UHGV virus genome: UHGV-1377764
DNA length: 43,062 bases
Strand: one strand, 5' to 3'
Source of the DNA: a virus
Shown here: positions 33,728 to 42,673 of the stretch, piece after piece
How positions within the stretch are numbered: position 1 is the first letter of the stretch
How the letters are laid out: each line of letters starts with the position of its first letter
Translations under genes and position numbers: made by a program
Notes under the pieces: model-generated
Databases searched by the model: none
What the model saw: the letters and a program-made list of their open reading frames with translations, nothing else
Told to the model about the DNA's origin: nothing

Positions 33728-36007
33728 TTAATCAATATAATTTTTAACTTCTGGAAATTCTTTCATTTGACTATGTGCTTGTTCAATCCGTTCTTTCCAG
33801 CTAGTACCAAACCATAGTACTAGCAGGTCTTCCACTTGGTTTATATAGTACTCTTTGTCAATATCATCAATAGTTATCCATCCTTCACCAATTGCTTCAT
33901 TGTCAATGGCATAGTACTCAGGCGCATTAGGCAAGCCTTTAGTGTAAGAATCATCACCAATAATTGTAGTACCTTCCTCTTCAACAACAGCTCCACGTTT
34001 TACTTTGAATATTTCAACAGATTTGTTAGGGTCTTTTATTGCAAATGTACGATTCACTTTTTGTGCTTTTCGTTCATTACCATAAACATCACGTACTACA
34101 GTATCGTCAAAAGTCCATCCAGTTTTGGTAATCATTTGGAATTGACGTAGTTCATCAGATTCATTGATAAACTCTTTGTAATCTTTACCACTAACAACAT
34201 AATTAATGAACGCATTTGAAACAATCGCTTTAGAGACTTTCAATCCCTTTGTTAGACCAATTGCTCCTTTGACTTTAACTTTACCTTTAGCAGTCACAGC
34301 TAAATAATTATTGACGTCCTTCTGGAAAATAGCTATAAATGGATCATCATCTAATGTGTACCCTGTTCGTTTCATCCAATCATCTGCGATATCATCAATG
34401 GCTTTTTCATCTTCTGCACTAAATGGAATGTAATAGTGAGCATCTGTGTTTGATTGAATAATGGTGGCATGGTCTTCAATCTTTTCTAGTAAATCCCACA
34501 TTGCCATCTGACCAGTAATACACACTAATAACCGCATGCGTGGGTCATACAATTTGTTAAACTCAGCTCCCATTGCACCATATTTAGTATTTAGAGGTAG
34601 TTTATAACCATCAATTAACAACTCAGTTGGAATCTGAATGCCTTTAATTTCAGTAAACTCTTTATTGGAATACTTGGCTTCCATACGTTCATCTAATAGC
34701 ATTTGATAAATATGACGCTTGTCTTCTGGAATGTTTCTTGATAAGTAGTCAAATAAAACCATTGTATTTGGATAAAGTGAACCAACGTCGCGTGCGTGGA
34801 AGTTACCTACATGAATAAATGACTCTTTAGCACCATGTATACCACCTACCCCTAAAACCTCTGTGACGTCTCTACGTGGTACATCTAATGAAATACTGGC
34901 ATGTCCTTTATCATTAGCTTCAAATTCCTCTGTCATAAACGCCTGACGAATGGTCTCTGACTCAATTTCAAATCCTTCTGGTAGTTCATACTTATCTAAC
35001 TCATCACCTCTATCAGGTGTTTTCTCAGCCCCTAATAGTTCAGCTGTTAAATTTGCGTTAGTCATTGATAGTGCCATTTTATCTAAACCAAAGTATAAGG
35101 CAATTGCAGCTTTAGCTACTAACATACCTATGTTTTGTTCAAAGCGTTTTTCCGTAGCTAACACGTCATTTTTACAATATAGTTCGTTCAATACTTGTTC
35201 TTCTTCAGTTAGTTCTCTATCTAAATCAAAGTCTACTTCAGTTTCTTTAATATTAATACCCATGAAAGCACTATGTTCTTTCAAACTAAACCCTCTATTG
35301 TCTTGATACAAATCCATTCCAAAAAGGGGTGTTTTCTTAGTATCAAACATTTTATATGCTAATGCTCTATCATCACTTTCAATGATTGCTTTTGACACAT
35401 GAAACGGGTTTTTACCCTGTAAATATGCACGCATGACATTGGAGTCATATGAGTGTGAGTTATAACCTACAAACAATGAATCTCTATTCGCAAGATAGAA
35501 CTTGCGTAAAGCGTCTAAATCATTATGAATGACTGTCCATTCTTTAGTGAAGTAATCTCTGAAAACAAATAAATTATCTTTTTTAAATACTTCAATATCA
35601 TAAATATAAATTGTTTGTTTTGTTAGTGCCTCGTTTGGTTTATCAGGTAAGTTTTCAACAACCCCTCCTTCTTGGTTAATGGTTACATTTGGAAAACCAT
35701 TGTTGTATTTTAGAGTAATATTCAACTCCTGACCTACTTGGATATCTTCCCATGTTTTCCAATCTTGTTTACGAAACTTCATGATATAAAATGTAGCATC
35801 ACGCCCATCGTTTGTGCTACGTACTTTAATTTCCTTCATCTCTTTACCTTTAGCGCTTAATCGTTCCTCAGCTTTAAGCACTACAACTTGATGAACTCCT
35901 TCCGTCATTGGATCAAAGCTTTTTCCATTACCTGCTAATGCAGAAAATATTTCCAATAGTTTAGATGCTAGTTTTTCAGCACCTTGAAATTCTGCTATGT
36001 TTTTCAT
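33728..36007 (-). CDS. family B DNA polymerase with 3'-5' exonuclease domain
   Basis: 759 aa; Exo I YIYDIE, Exo II YNSHSYD, Exo III YCKND; Pol motif A DVGSLYPN, motif B KLPLNTKYG, motif C-like SNTDAHY. Confidence 0.65.
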   Translation of the reverse strand: MKNIAEFQGAEKLASKLLEIFSALAGNGKSFDPMTEGVHQVVVLKAEERLSAKGKEMKEIKVRSTNDGRDATFYIMKFRKQDWKTWEDIQVGQELNITLKYNNGFPNVTINQEGGVVENLPDKPNEALTKQTIYIYDIEVFKKDNLFVFRDYFTKEWTVIHNDLDALRKFYLANRDSLFVGYNSHSYDSNVMRAYLQGKNPFHVSKAIIESDDRALAYKMFDTKKTPLFGMDLYQDNRGFSLKEHSAFMGINIKETEVDFDLDRELTEEEQVLNELYCKNDVLATEKRFEQNIGMLVAKAAIALYFGLDKMALSMTNANLTAELLGAEKTPDRGDELDKYELPEGFEIESETIRQAFMTEEFEANDKGHASISLDVPRRDVTEVLGVGGIHGAKESFIHVGNFHARDVGSLYPNTMVLFDYLSRNIPEDKRHIYQMLLDERMEAKYSNKEFTEIKGIQIPTELLIDGYKLPLNTKYGAMGAEFNKLYDPRMRLLVCITGQMAMWDLLEKIEDHATIIQSNTDAHYYIPFSAEDEKAIDDIADDWMKRTGYTLDDDPFIAIFQKDVNNYLAVTAKGKVKVKGAIGLTKGLKVSKAIVSNAFINYVVSGKDYKEFINESDELRQFQMITKTGWTFDDTVVRDVYGNERKAQKVNRTFAIKDPNKSVEIFKVKRGAVVEEEGTTIIGDDSYTKGLPNAPEYYAIDNEAIGEGWITIDDIDKEYYINQVEDLLVLWFGTSWKERIEQAHSQMKEFPEVKNYID

Positions 36008-36044
36008 ATATTTACTTCCTCTCTCGTTTGAATATACTATTATA

Positions 36045-36773
36045 TTATCTTACTTTGAATAGTTTTTCAACTCTTTTTTTATTTTTTATATCTCCTTGAC
36101 TGCTAATTCCAACCTTAACCTCTTTGCTCCAGATACATTTAAATTTATCTTCTGGCATTGCATATTCACTAATTAGTACAGTATTGTTTTTAGCTAACTC
36201 TATAGCCCATTTATCAAACTCTTTGTATGGAAAGTTTCCAGTTGAATAAGATAATGTTTTTCTATATGGTGGGTCTAGATAAAAGACACAGTTTTTATAA
36301 TCAGTTGGGTTATAATCTAAAAATGACTTACATTCAAAAGTAACACCTTGTAAGTTTGGTGCTTGCTGTTGTAAGTTTAGTATTGCTTCATTTGGATAGT
36401 CACGTGGTGTGATACCATCAGCTTTATAACCTCTAGCATATCCACCAAAGTATTTGGCACTAAATGACGCACAAAACCAAACTAAACCAATATACCAATC
36501 TTCGTAATAATCCTTGTTGTTTTTTACATGAGTGTACTCATCTTCAGATATTGTTTTTGGCAAAAAGTTAGAATTATTTTTATTATAGTTGTGTAATGCG
36601 ATTAATTCTTTGTGTAAATCACTACCAATTTTATTATCATGTTTAATTTTATCAATCATATTAGCCCCACCTACAAATGGTTCTATATATGCTACTGTGT
36701 CATCTGTAATATAACTTTGAATGATTGGTGCTAATTCTTTACTAAGTCTGTTTTTACTTCCTACGTATTGCAT
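36045..36773 (-). CDS. Dam-like N6-adenine DNA methyltransferase, copy 1 (intact)
   Basis: 242 aa; motif I EPFVGGANM, motif IV DPPY; 5' UTR (tattcaaacgagagaggaagtaa) duplicated in front of the polymerase gene. Confidence 0.7.
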   Translation of the reverse strand: MQYVGSKNRLSKELAPIIQSYITDDTVAYIEPFVGGANMIDKIKHDNKIGSDLHKELIALHNYNKNNSNFLPKTISEDEYTHVKNNKDYYEDWYIGLVWFCASFSAKYFGGYARGYKADGITPRDYPNEAILNLQQQAPNLQGVTFECKSFLDYNPTDYKNCVFYLDPPYRKTLSYSTGNFPYKEFDKWAIELAKNNTVLISEYAMPEDKFKCIWSKEVKVGISSQGDIKNKKRVEKLFKVR

Positions 36774-36875
36774 ATAGTTACTTCCTCTCTCGTTTGAATA
36801 TAATATAGTATATCACATCTATTATTAGTACACAAGTACAAAGTATAAACTCTATGAAGCTCTCAATTGTGTATC

Positions 36876-37082
36876 TCATTGGAAGAGTCTAAACTGTCTT
36901 GGATGCCCTTGTGTTTGCATATATAATACATTATCTAACTTATAAACAGCAATAGTATTCTTCTTGTTTGCAATCATCATTTGCGTTGGATCAATCTTTA
37001 TATACACCTCATTAAAATGTCTATTGATAATGACACCATCTTCATCTTTGACTGTTAAAATTAAGTTGTCTACTAACATCAT
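36876..37082 (-). CDS. hypothetical protein
   Basis: 68 aa ORF. Confidence 0.4.
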   Translation of the reverse strand: MMLVDNLILTVKDEDGVIINRHFNEVYIKIDPTQMMIANKKNTIAVYKLDNVLYMQTQGHPRQFRLFQ

Positions 37083-37096
37083 TTTAAATTTCCTCC

Positions 37097-37429
37097 TTAT
37101 TTGAAATCATCTTTATTCATCAATGCACCAATAATATTGAATAGTGAAATAATTGTAGGAATACCTGTCCAACAGAACACTAGTTTAATAAGTCCTTTTA
37201 CTGGTTTTCCAACGTAGAAATCATGGGCACCAATTCCTCCTAAGAATAGTGCTAGCAATAAATAAACAGTCAAACTTGGTTTATTAGAATTCTCTTTCAT
37301 GCTTTTAAGTTGTGTTAATTGTTCCTTTAAAATTTCGTTTTGTAATTGCTCGTTGGTCATTTCATTTTCCTCCTCTTGTGTGTGGTTCATTTTCTTCAAC
37401 GTTTCTAATACTGGGTTTTGTTTAGCCAT
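37097..37429 (-). CDS. TM2-domain membrane protein
   Basis: 110 aa; LLLALFLGGIGAHDFYVGKPVKGLIKL matches TM2 domain signature. Confidence 0.55.
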   Translation of the reverse strand: MAKQNPVLETLKKMNHTQEEENEMTNEQLQNEILKEQLTQLKSMKENSNKPSLTVYLLLALFLGGIGAHDFYVGKPVKGLIKLVFCWTGIPTIISLFNIIGALMNKDDFK

Positions 37430-37460
37430 TTTAATCTTCCTCTCTTTATCTTATGAATTA

Positions 37461-37489
37461 AGTTTACCATGCAATGCTTACCTTGTCAA
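37461..37489 (-). promoter_or_regulatory. early promoter TTGACA-N17-TAAACT with conserved leader
   Basis: Read directly. Confidence 0.55.
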
Positions 37490-37682
37490 TGTGTTTAACT
37501 GCTAATTTTAAATCTTTTTCGTCAAACCCTTCGGTTGAGCCTTTGTATAACTTAACCATGTACTCGTATCCATCTACAGGTTTGTACATCTTGTACAGCA
37601 ATACACCTTTATCGCCTTTGTTACCAACACCGTTTTGATTATCTCGTTTTAATTCAACTACGTTTCCAATATTCATTGTCAT
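37464..37682 (-). CDS. hypothetical protein
   Basis: 72 aa ORF. Confidence 0.4.
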   Translation of the reverse strand: MTMNIGNVVELKRDNQNGVGNKGDKGVLLYKMYKPVDGYEYMVKLYKGSTEGFDEKDLKLAVKHIDKVSIAW

Positions 37683-37697
37683 TATTTATTCTCTCCT

Positions 37698-38222
37698 TTA
37701 TTTATATTTGAAGGTATATCCTCCAGTTTGTTTACGTCTACCTTTTAAAACGTCTGTAATATGTGCTTGATTTAACCCTAATTGTCTAGCGCATTCACTA
37801 ATTCCATAGAATTCTCTAAATTCACCAGTTTTTATATTAGTTGCAATGATTGGAATACTTTGCGTTTTAGCCATTCTTTCAGTACGTGTTCCATGATTGA
37901 GGTTCTCTTTTCTAGTAGACCATTCTAGATTGTTAACATTGTTGTTAGTCTTATTTTCGTCTATGTGATTAACCTCTGGTTTATTTTCTGGGTTTGGGAT
38001 AAACGCTTGGGCTACTACACGGTGGGTTTTATGATTTTTATGCTTACCGTTTTTACATAAAGTAACTAGTAAATAACCCTGTGGGTGTCTATGTGGTTTT
38101 AAAACTCTACCTTTACGTATTCTACCTAACTTATCTGTAGTATCAAAACTCTTAACTCTTCCTAAATTACTCACCTGATATAATCCTTCAAAGCCTTCAA
38201 TATCTTTCCAAATTTCTTTCAT
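37698..38222 (-). CDS. free-standing HNH homing endonuclease (NUMOD4 + HNH_3 + C-terminal NUMOD1/IENR DNA-binding)
   Basis: 174 aa; WKDIEGFEGLYQVSNLGRVKS, VNHIDENKTNNNVNNLEWST, GISECARQLGLNQAHITDVLKG; own promoter TTGACT-N17-TAAAAT at 38253-38281. Confidence 0.75.
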   Translation of the reverse strand: MKEIWKDIEGFEGLYQVSNLGRVKSFDTTDKLGRIRKGRVLKPHRHPQGYLLVTLCKNGKHKNHKTHRVVAQAFIPNPENKPEVNHIDENKTNNNVNNLEWSTRKENLNHGTRTERMAKTQSIPIIATNIKTGEFREFYGISECARQLGLNQAHITDVLKGRRKQTGGYTFKYK

Positions 38223-38311
38223 TCTATTTCCTCCTCTTTATCTTACAAGTTAATTTTAGCATGATAAAAGAAAAGAGTCAACCGTTTAGGCTAACTCTTT
38301 TTTAATTTATT

Positions 38312-39004
38312 TTAGAATGGCAACTCTTCTTCTGTCACTACCTCTTTCTGATCGTCAGGATCAAGAGGTTGTGCTTCTAACCATCCATACGGTGATTTAG
38401 GGTCTAACATGTTTTTATTAACGGTGCAATCCACAACCATTCCAATCGCCATTTCTGCAGTATCCCATGTTACATTTACATCTTCAAACAATTCATTGAA
38501 GCGTGCTTTTGCTTTTGCAAGTTTTGCTTGATTTGGAATAAACTTGTTTAGTTTCTCAATATAAACTCCTGAGTTGAAGTTGAATGAGTAGTATTTACCT
38601 TCGTGTTCTACCACAACGGCACGTCCTTTGGCACTGTCTTTGATTTCAACAATTGGTACTTGCTTCAAGCGTTTTAGTGAGATCAGTGGTTTCTCAATCT
38701 TTTTAAAGGAACTTCCTTCTTCAAAGTAGGCTTTACCTGTTTCTTCGTCTACGTACATTTCTAATTCTTTATCCTCAAGGTTATAAAACGACCCACCTAA
38801 CATTTCTAAGGCTTTAGCTAATCGTTCGTTACCTTTTGTATCTTCGTCTGTGAAGTCACTCCATGTTTTAGATTCTTTATCATATGTTTTTTTGAATACT
38901 GCAGCTTCATAGATAGCGCTGTAATCTTCGTTGGCTACCTGTAATTTCACACTAATATCATCTTCCTCTGCACTAACAATAATTACTTTTTTCAATTCTG
39001 ACAT
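38312..39004 (-). CDS. putative ssDNA-binding/annealing protein with T7 gp2.5-like acidic C-terminal tail ending in Phe
   Basis: 230 aa ending DPDDQKEVVTEEELPF; no canonical OB-fold SSB elsewhere in window. Confidence 0.3.
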   Translation of the reverse strand: MSELKKVIIVSAEEDDISVKLQVANEDYSAIYEAAVFKKTYDKESKTWSDFTDEDTKGNERLAKALEMLGGSFYNLEDKELEMYVDEETGKAYFEEGSSFKKIEKPLISLKRLKQVPIVEIKDSAKGRAVVVEHEGKYYSFNFNSGVYIEKLNKFIPNQAKLAKAKARFNELFEDVNVTWDTAEMAIGMVVDCTVNKNMLDPKSPYGWLEAQPLDPDDQKEVVTEEELPF

Positions 39005-39067
39005 TTTAATTCCTCCAATTAAGTTGTTTTATTCTCGCTTACAAAATCTATTATATCATATATTCCC

Positions 39068-39286
39068 TTACTTGTGTAAGTTATTTACACATGATTCAAG
39101 TATTTCGTCAACGGTTGCCTGATTAAGTTTAATTAGACCCAATAATACAATTATACTGCTAGTGTTATACTCTTCTAGGTCACTATGATTCAGGCCTGTA
39201 TATCTAACAATATTTTCCTCAAACTCCACTGCTTTTGAATCATACTCTTCTACCAATTTAATCAGTTCCTCAGTTGTTAAATTCAT
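39068..39286 (-). CDS. hypothetical protein
   Basis: 72 aa ORF. Confidence 0.4.
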   Translation of the reverse strand: MNLTTEELIKLVEEYDSKAVEFEENIVRYTGLNHSDLEEYNTSSIIVLLGLIKLNQATVDEILESCVNNLHK

Positions 39287-40092
39287 TTTACCACATCATA
39301 CTCAATTTTAAGTTTCTTCAAGTCTTCTTTCTTAACCTTAATTGTCACATATTCAACTGGTTTAGGAGCTTCCTGTTTTTGCTCGTTTCCAGTAATAATG
39401 ATAATGTCAGGTACTTTGGTTTCTTTTACTCTAGCCTGTTCTTTTTCAAGACGTTCTTTCTCCGCAATCATGTTCGCATAGTCAATGATAGCTTCTTGCA
39501 TATTAAAGCCATTTTTAGAGTAAGCAATCAAAATCGCTGAACGATCATCTTTGTCAGGGTAGGTTTGTTTCAATTGTTCGTAATCATTCTTAAAGGTGTC
39601 AAAATACGAAACTACTGCTTCACGTATCTTTTTGGCACTCGTAGCCTTGTTAGTTATAAGAGTTGGGTTCTTTGCTAAAAACTTATCAAAAGTAAGCCAT
39701 TGTGGAGCGTTGTATGACTTCTGATATTTCTTAAATAAGTCTTTGATTTGTAACTTACGCTCATCTTGTTCTCGTAGTGTAATCTGTTTAATTTGGGCAT
39801 TAATATGCTCTTCTCCTTCACCCAGGACTTCCTTTAATAATTTAATCTTTTCATTCAATTCATCATAAGGGGTCATGATTTCACGCTTAACCGCTAATCT
39901 TTCTGAATCTAATTTTTTAATTTCTTTACGAATTTCAGCAAGAAGTTTTTTATTCTCTATAATATTTTCCTCATTTACTTCTTGCTCTTTCATTCGTTCA
40001 GCTAACCTCCTTACGTCTTCAAGTGTTTTTTCGTAACCAATGAACTGTATTTCATGTTTACCTGTAGCTTGTATTGATAGTTCAAATGCCAT
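39283..40092 (-). CDS. DUF1351-like coiled-coil protein of phage replication/recombination modules
   Basis: ORF trimmed to MAFELSIQ start 8 nt after AGAGGA; long Lys/Glu coiled coil. Confidence 0.4.
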   Translation of the reverse strand: MAFELSIQATGKHEIQFIGYEKTLEDVRRLAERMKEQEVNEENIIENKKLLAEIRKEIKKLDSERLAVKREIMTPYDELNEKIKLLKEVLGEGEEHINAQIKQITLREQDERKLQIKDLFKKYQKSYNAPQWLTFDKFLAKNPTLITNKATSAKKIREAVVSYFDTFKNDYEQLKQTYPDKDDRSAILIAYSKNGFNMQEAIIDYANMIAEKERLEKEQARVKETKVPDIIIITGNEQKQEAPKPVEYVTIKVKKEDLKKLKIEYDVVK

Positions 40093-40249
40093 GAGTTTCA
40101 TCCTCTAACTTGAGACGTTTGTATTCTACAGCAAAGATTTCATCAATCGTGTAATTTACTTTGAATAGCCATTTGTATTTTTCAATTACATCAAACAACT
40201 GGTTTTCAGTGTAGCCATAGTCTAATTTTAAAAGTGTTTTATAGTTCAT
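40082..40249 (-). CDS. hypothetical small protein (55 aa)
   Basis: Hand translation MNYKTLLKLDYGYTENQLFDVIEKYKWLFKVNYTIDEIFAVEYKRLKLEDETHGI; ATGA coupling with upstream gene. Confidence 0.35.
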   Translation of the reverse strand: MNYKTLLKLDYGYTENQLFDVIEKYKWLFKVNYTIDEIFAVEYKRLKLEDETHGI

Positions 40250-40470
40250 TTTCTATCACCTTCCAATTCAATAGTCATTCCTTCATCTCCATATCCTGGT
40301 GTTTGTGTAATCCATGTAACCACTCGTTCTCCATACTTACCAACAAGCTCATCTATTGTATATCTAGGTGTGTCATAATAAAACCTCTTATCATTTCCAA
40401 ATATAACTTCTATTAACCCATTATCCTCTAGTAGATGTGCTACATCATTCACTGTAAGTTTCTTAGTCAT
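40246..40470 (-). CDS. hypothetical protein
   Basis: 74 aa ORF. Confidence 0.4.
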   Translation of the reverse strand: MTKKLTVNDVAHLLEDNGLIEVIFGNDKRFYYDTPRYTIDELVGKYGERVVTWITQTPGYGDEGMTIELEGDRK

Positions 40471-40471
40471 T

Positions 40472-40699
40472 TTATAACTCCTCCTTCAGTAACTCTAAAT
40501 CTTCATCACTCAAGCGGTCAATCAGTTCAATATCCTCTTCACGTACTTCTTCAAAGCATGCTGCAAAATCTCCTGTTTCAACCAAGACAAGAATGTTTCC
40601 AAACTTGTCTACATGTTGTACTGTACCATCGTCGCCCTGTGCTGCGTGCATTCCATAATTGTTTGTGAATCTAACTAAATCTCCATATTGATATTTCAT
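40472..40699 (-). CDS. hypothetical acidic protein
   Basis: 75 aa ORF, acidic C-terminus. Confidence 0.4.
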   Translation of the reverse strand: MKYQYGDLVRFTNNYGMHAAQGDDGTVQHVDKFGNILVLVETGDFAACFEEVREEDIELIDRLSDEDLELLKEEL

Positions 40700-40701
40700 T
40701 A

Positions 40702-40974
40702 TTATTCCTCCTCAAATCTAATGCCAACATAATTTTCAACGCCGTTAGCTTCGTGGCGTTTTGCGTAACTACTAGCATCTACTTCTAAACGCTCACCTGT
40801 TGCAATATTAATCAGTTTAAAAGTGTATGGTTTTTCTGATAAATCGATAAGTGTAGCTGATTTACCCCAACCAATCTTTACTTCTTTGGTAGGTTTAACT
40901 TCCATACCTATTATGAAATACTTATTCCGTCCAGTCTTACCACTCTCACATAATCCATTTCCAATATATCTCAT
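40702..40974 (-). CDS. hypothetical protein
   Basis: 90 aa ORF. Confidence 0.4.
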   Translation of the reverse strand: MRYIGNGLCESGKTGRNKYFIIGMEVKPTKEVKIGWGKSATLIDLSEKPYTFKLINIATGERLEVDASSYAKRHEANGVENYVGIRFEEE

Positions 40975-41003
40975 TATTATTCCTCCTCTATATATTAACT
41001 ATA

Positions 41004-41759
41004 TCATCTCTTTAAATAATTGTCAACATCTGTTTGAGTAATTTTTCCTTTTTCTAGTCTAATTAATCCTTCAAAACTACGATAACGTTCTGAAATGTGA
41101 AGCTCAACATCTACTGCACCTGGCTTCTTGAATTTAGTAACAAACTCCTCTCTGTCTACAGTACTCAAGTGACGATATGATCCGTTGTTAAAGGTGTCAT
41201 ATCCACTATGAATTTTCATATATTCTGATAACCCAATGACTTTGGGATCATAATTAGCCTCTAAAAGAATAATATCAAGTTTTAACTCATTTGTTAATAG
41301 ATAAGTTTCATAATCTATTAAAGTACTCAAATCAGTGGCATAGATTAAGTTTTGCGAAGGACTCTCTAGGATAAAACCATGTGTTTCTGTGTAGTCTTCA
41401 GCTGCACCATGATAATTTTGAAGTGTTGTAAATTTTACATCTCCAATTTGAAACTGGAAATCATCTTTGAATGTTATGTCTACACTACTAAGTTTGCGTT
41501 TTATTAGTTCATTGTTAACAGTTTCGTTAGATAATATTTTAATGTGTGGAAAGTTTTCTCTAATTTTTTTGTATGTTGTATATACAAGGTGGTCTTGGTG
41601 CTTATGCGTAATAAATACAAATTGTTTATCATATAAATATGGCTCAATGTATTTGTATGGCTTTCCAATATCAATTAGGAAACCAACGTTCTCATAATAA
41701 ATTGAAACACTGTTACCCTTACTCCCTGTGTAATGTACATCAAATTCAAATTCTGACAT
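41004..41759 (-). CDS. metallo-beta-lactamase-fold hydrolase
   Basis: 251 aa; HxHxDH motif ITHKHQDH. Confidence 0.65.
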   Translation of the reverse strand: MSEFEFDVHYTGSKGNSVSIYYENVGFLIDIGKPYKYIEPYLYDKQFVFITHKHQDHLVYTTYKKIRENFPHIKILSNETVNNELIKRKLSSVDITFKDDFQFQIGDVKFTTLQNYHGAAEDYTETHGFILESPSQNLIYATDLSTLIDYETYLLTNELKLDIILLEANYDPKVIGLSEYMKIHSGYDTFNNGSYRHLSTVDREEFVTKFKKPGAVDVELHISERYRSFEGLIRLEKGKITQTDVDNYLKR

Positions 41760-41773
41760 TTGCTTGCCTCCAA

Positions 41774-42244
41774 CTATACTAATTTATTTCTGTCTGCGTA
41801 TTTTGCTCCTTCTAATTCCCAAAGCTCTCTACCTAATCTATTGGCTTCTTTCCAATTTTGTTGCTCACATGCATCTCCAATGGCTACAATTAACGCATGC
41901 CGTTTTGGCTCTACTTTCTTTCTGAATGGACGTGCCACACGTTCTAGTCCTTCTTTTGGATTAATTGCGTAACCAATGTTGGTGTAGTGACTGTTTTGTA
42001 TATTACCATCTTTAAAATATAAATATCCTAAGTTGTGTTCATTTTTAACAAACATTTCTGCTACTAATTGAGAGACGTAGAACTTACGTGACTTCGTATG
42101 TGAACCTTCAAGTACTACATACATTTTTCCATTCTTTGGATCAACTAGTTCAGTTTCGTATCGTTCTTTGTCTAAATGAAACACATGACCTTCATCCGTT
42201 ATGGCATACATATCGTAAGGCTCATTTAATGGTTCAAATCTCAT
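41774..42244 (-). CDS. degenerate HNH_3/NUMOD4-like protein (catalytic His replaced)
   Basis: 156 aa; GKMYVVLEGSHTKSRKFYVSQLVAEMFVKNEHN aligns with GYLLVTLCKNGKHKNHKTHRVVAQAFIPNPEN of 37698..38222 product, but HNH segment reads LYFKDGNIQNSHYTNIGY. Confidence 0.4.
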   Translation of the reverse strand: MRFEPLNEPYDMYAITDEGHVFHLDKERYETELVDPKNGKMYVVLEGSHTKSRKFYVSQLVAEMFVKNEHNLGYLYFKDGNIQNSHYTNIGYAINPKEGLERVARPFRKKVEPKRHALIVAIGDACEQQNWKEANRLGRELWELEGAKYADRNKLV

Positions 42245-42533
42245 TGTGTTTTTCCTCCAGTTTGATTAATTGATCTACATAAACTTTCACTTTTTTCAAG
42301 TCTTGAATTCCATTCTTTTGTTTGTATCTATGTGTATATTTGTATATGTTTGCTTTGTAGAAACCACGTAATTCGTCATAGGTTAATAACTCATCTTCTA
42401 ATACATCAAAGAGTTGTTTTCCTGAACTGGTTTTGTAACGTGTTGTATTTTGTAGTTCTTCAGATTCAATTACACTGCCAGTAATATGTGAACCTTGAAT
42501 TGGGTTACCAATTAAATCTTTAAATGTAGTCAT
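42234..42533 (-). CDS. DUF3310-like phage protein
   Basis: 99 aa; ...YKANIYKYTHRYKQKNGIQDLKKVKVYVDQLI resembles DUF3310 signature; own promoter TTGACA-N17-TATTAT at 42565-42593. Confidence 0.4.
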   Translation of the reverse strand: MTTFKDLIGNPIQGSHITGSVIESEELQNTTRYKTSSGKQLFDVLEDELLTYDELRGFYKANIYKYTHRYKQKNGIQDLKKVKVYVDQLIKLEEKHNEI

Positions 42534-42651
42534 TCTATCAAATCCTCTCTTTGTTTATATATTTATAATATCATATAGTATCTTACTTGTCAACACAAAA
42601 CTTTTAGTTTATGCTATAATAAATTATAGGGATTCCTCCTCCCTCCTCTCG

Positions 42652-42673
42652 TTAAGACTAGCCAATTGGCTAG
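42652..42673. other. perfect hairpin AGACTAGCC-AATT-GGCTAGTCT, T5 on plus side; related in sequence to terminator at 20148-20175
   Basis: Read directly. Confidence 0.5.
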
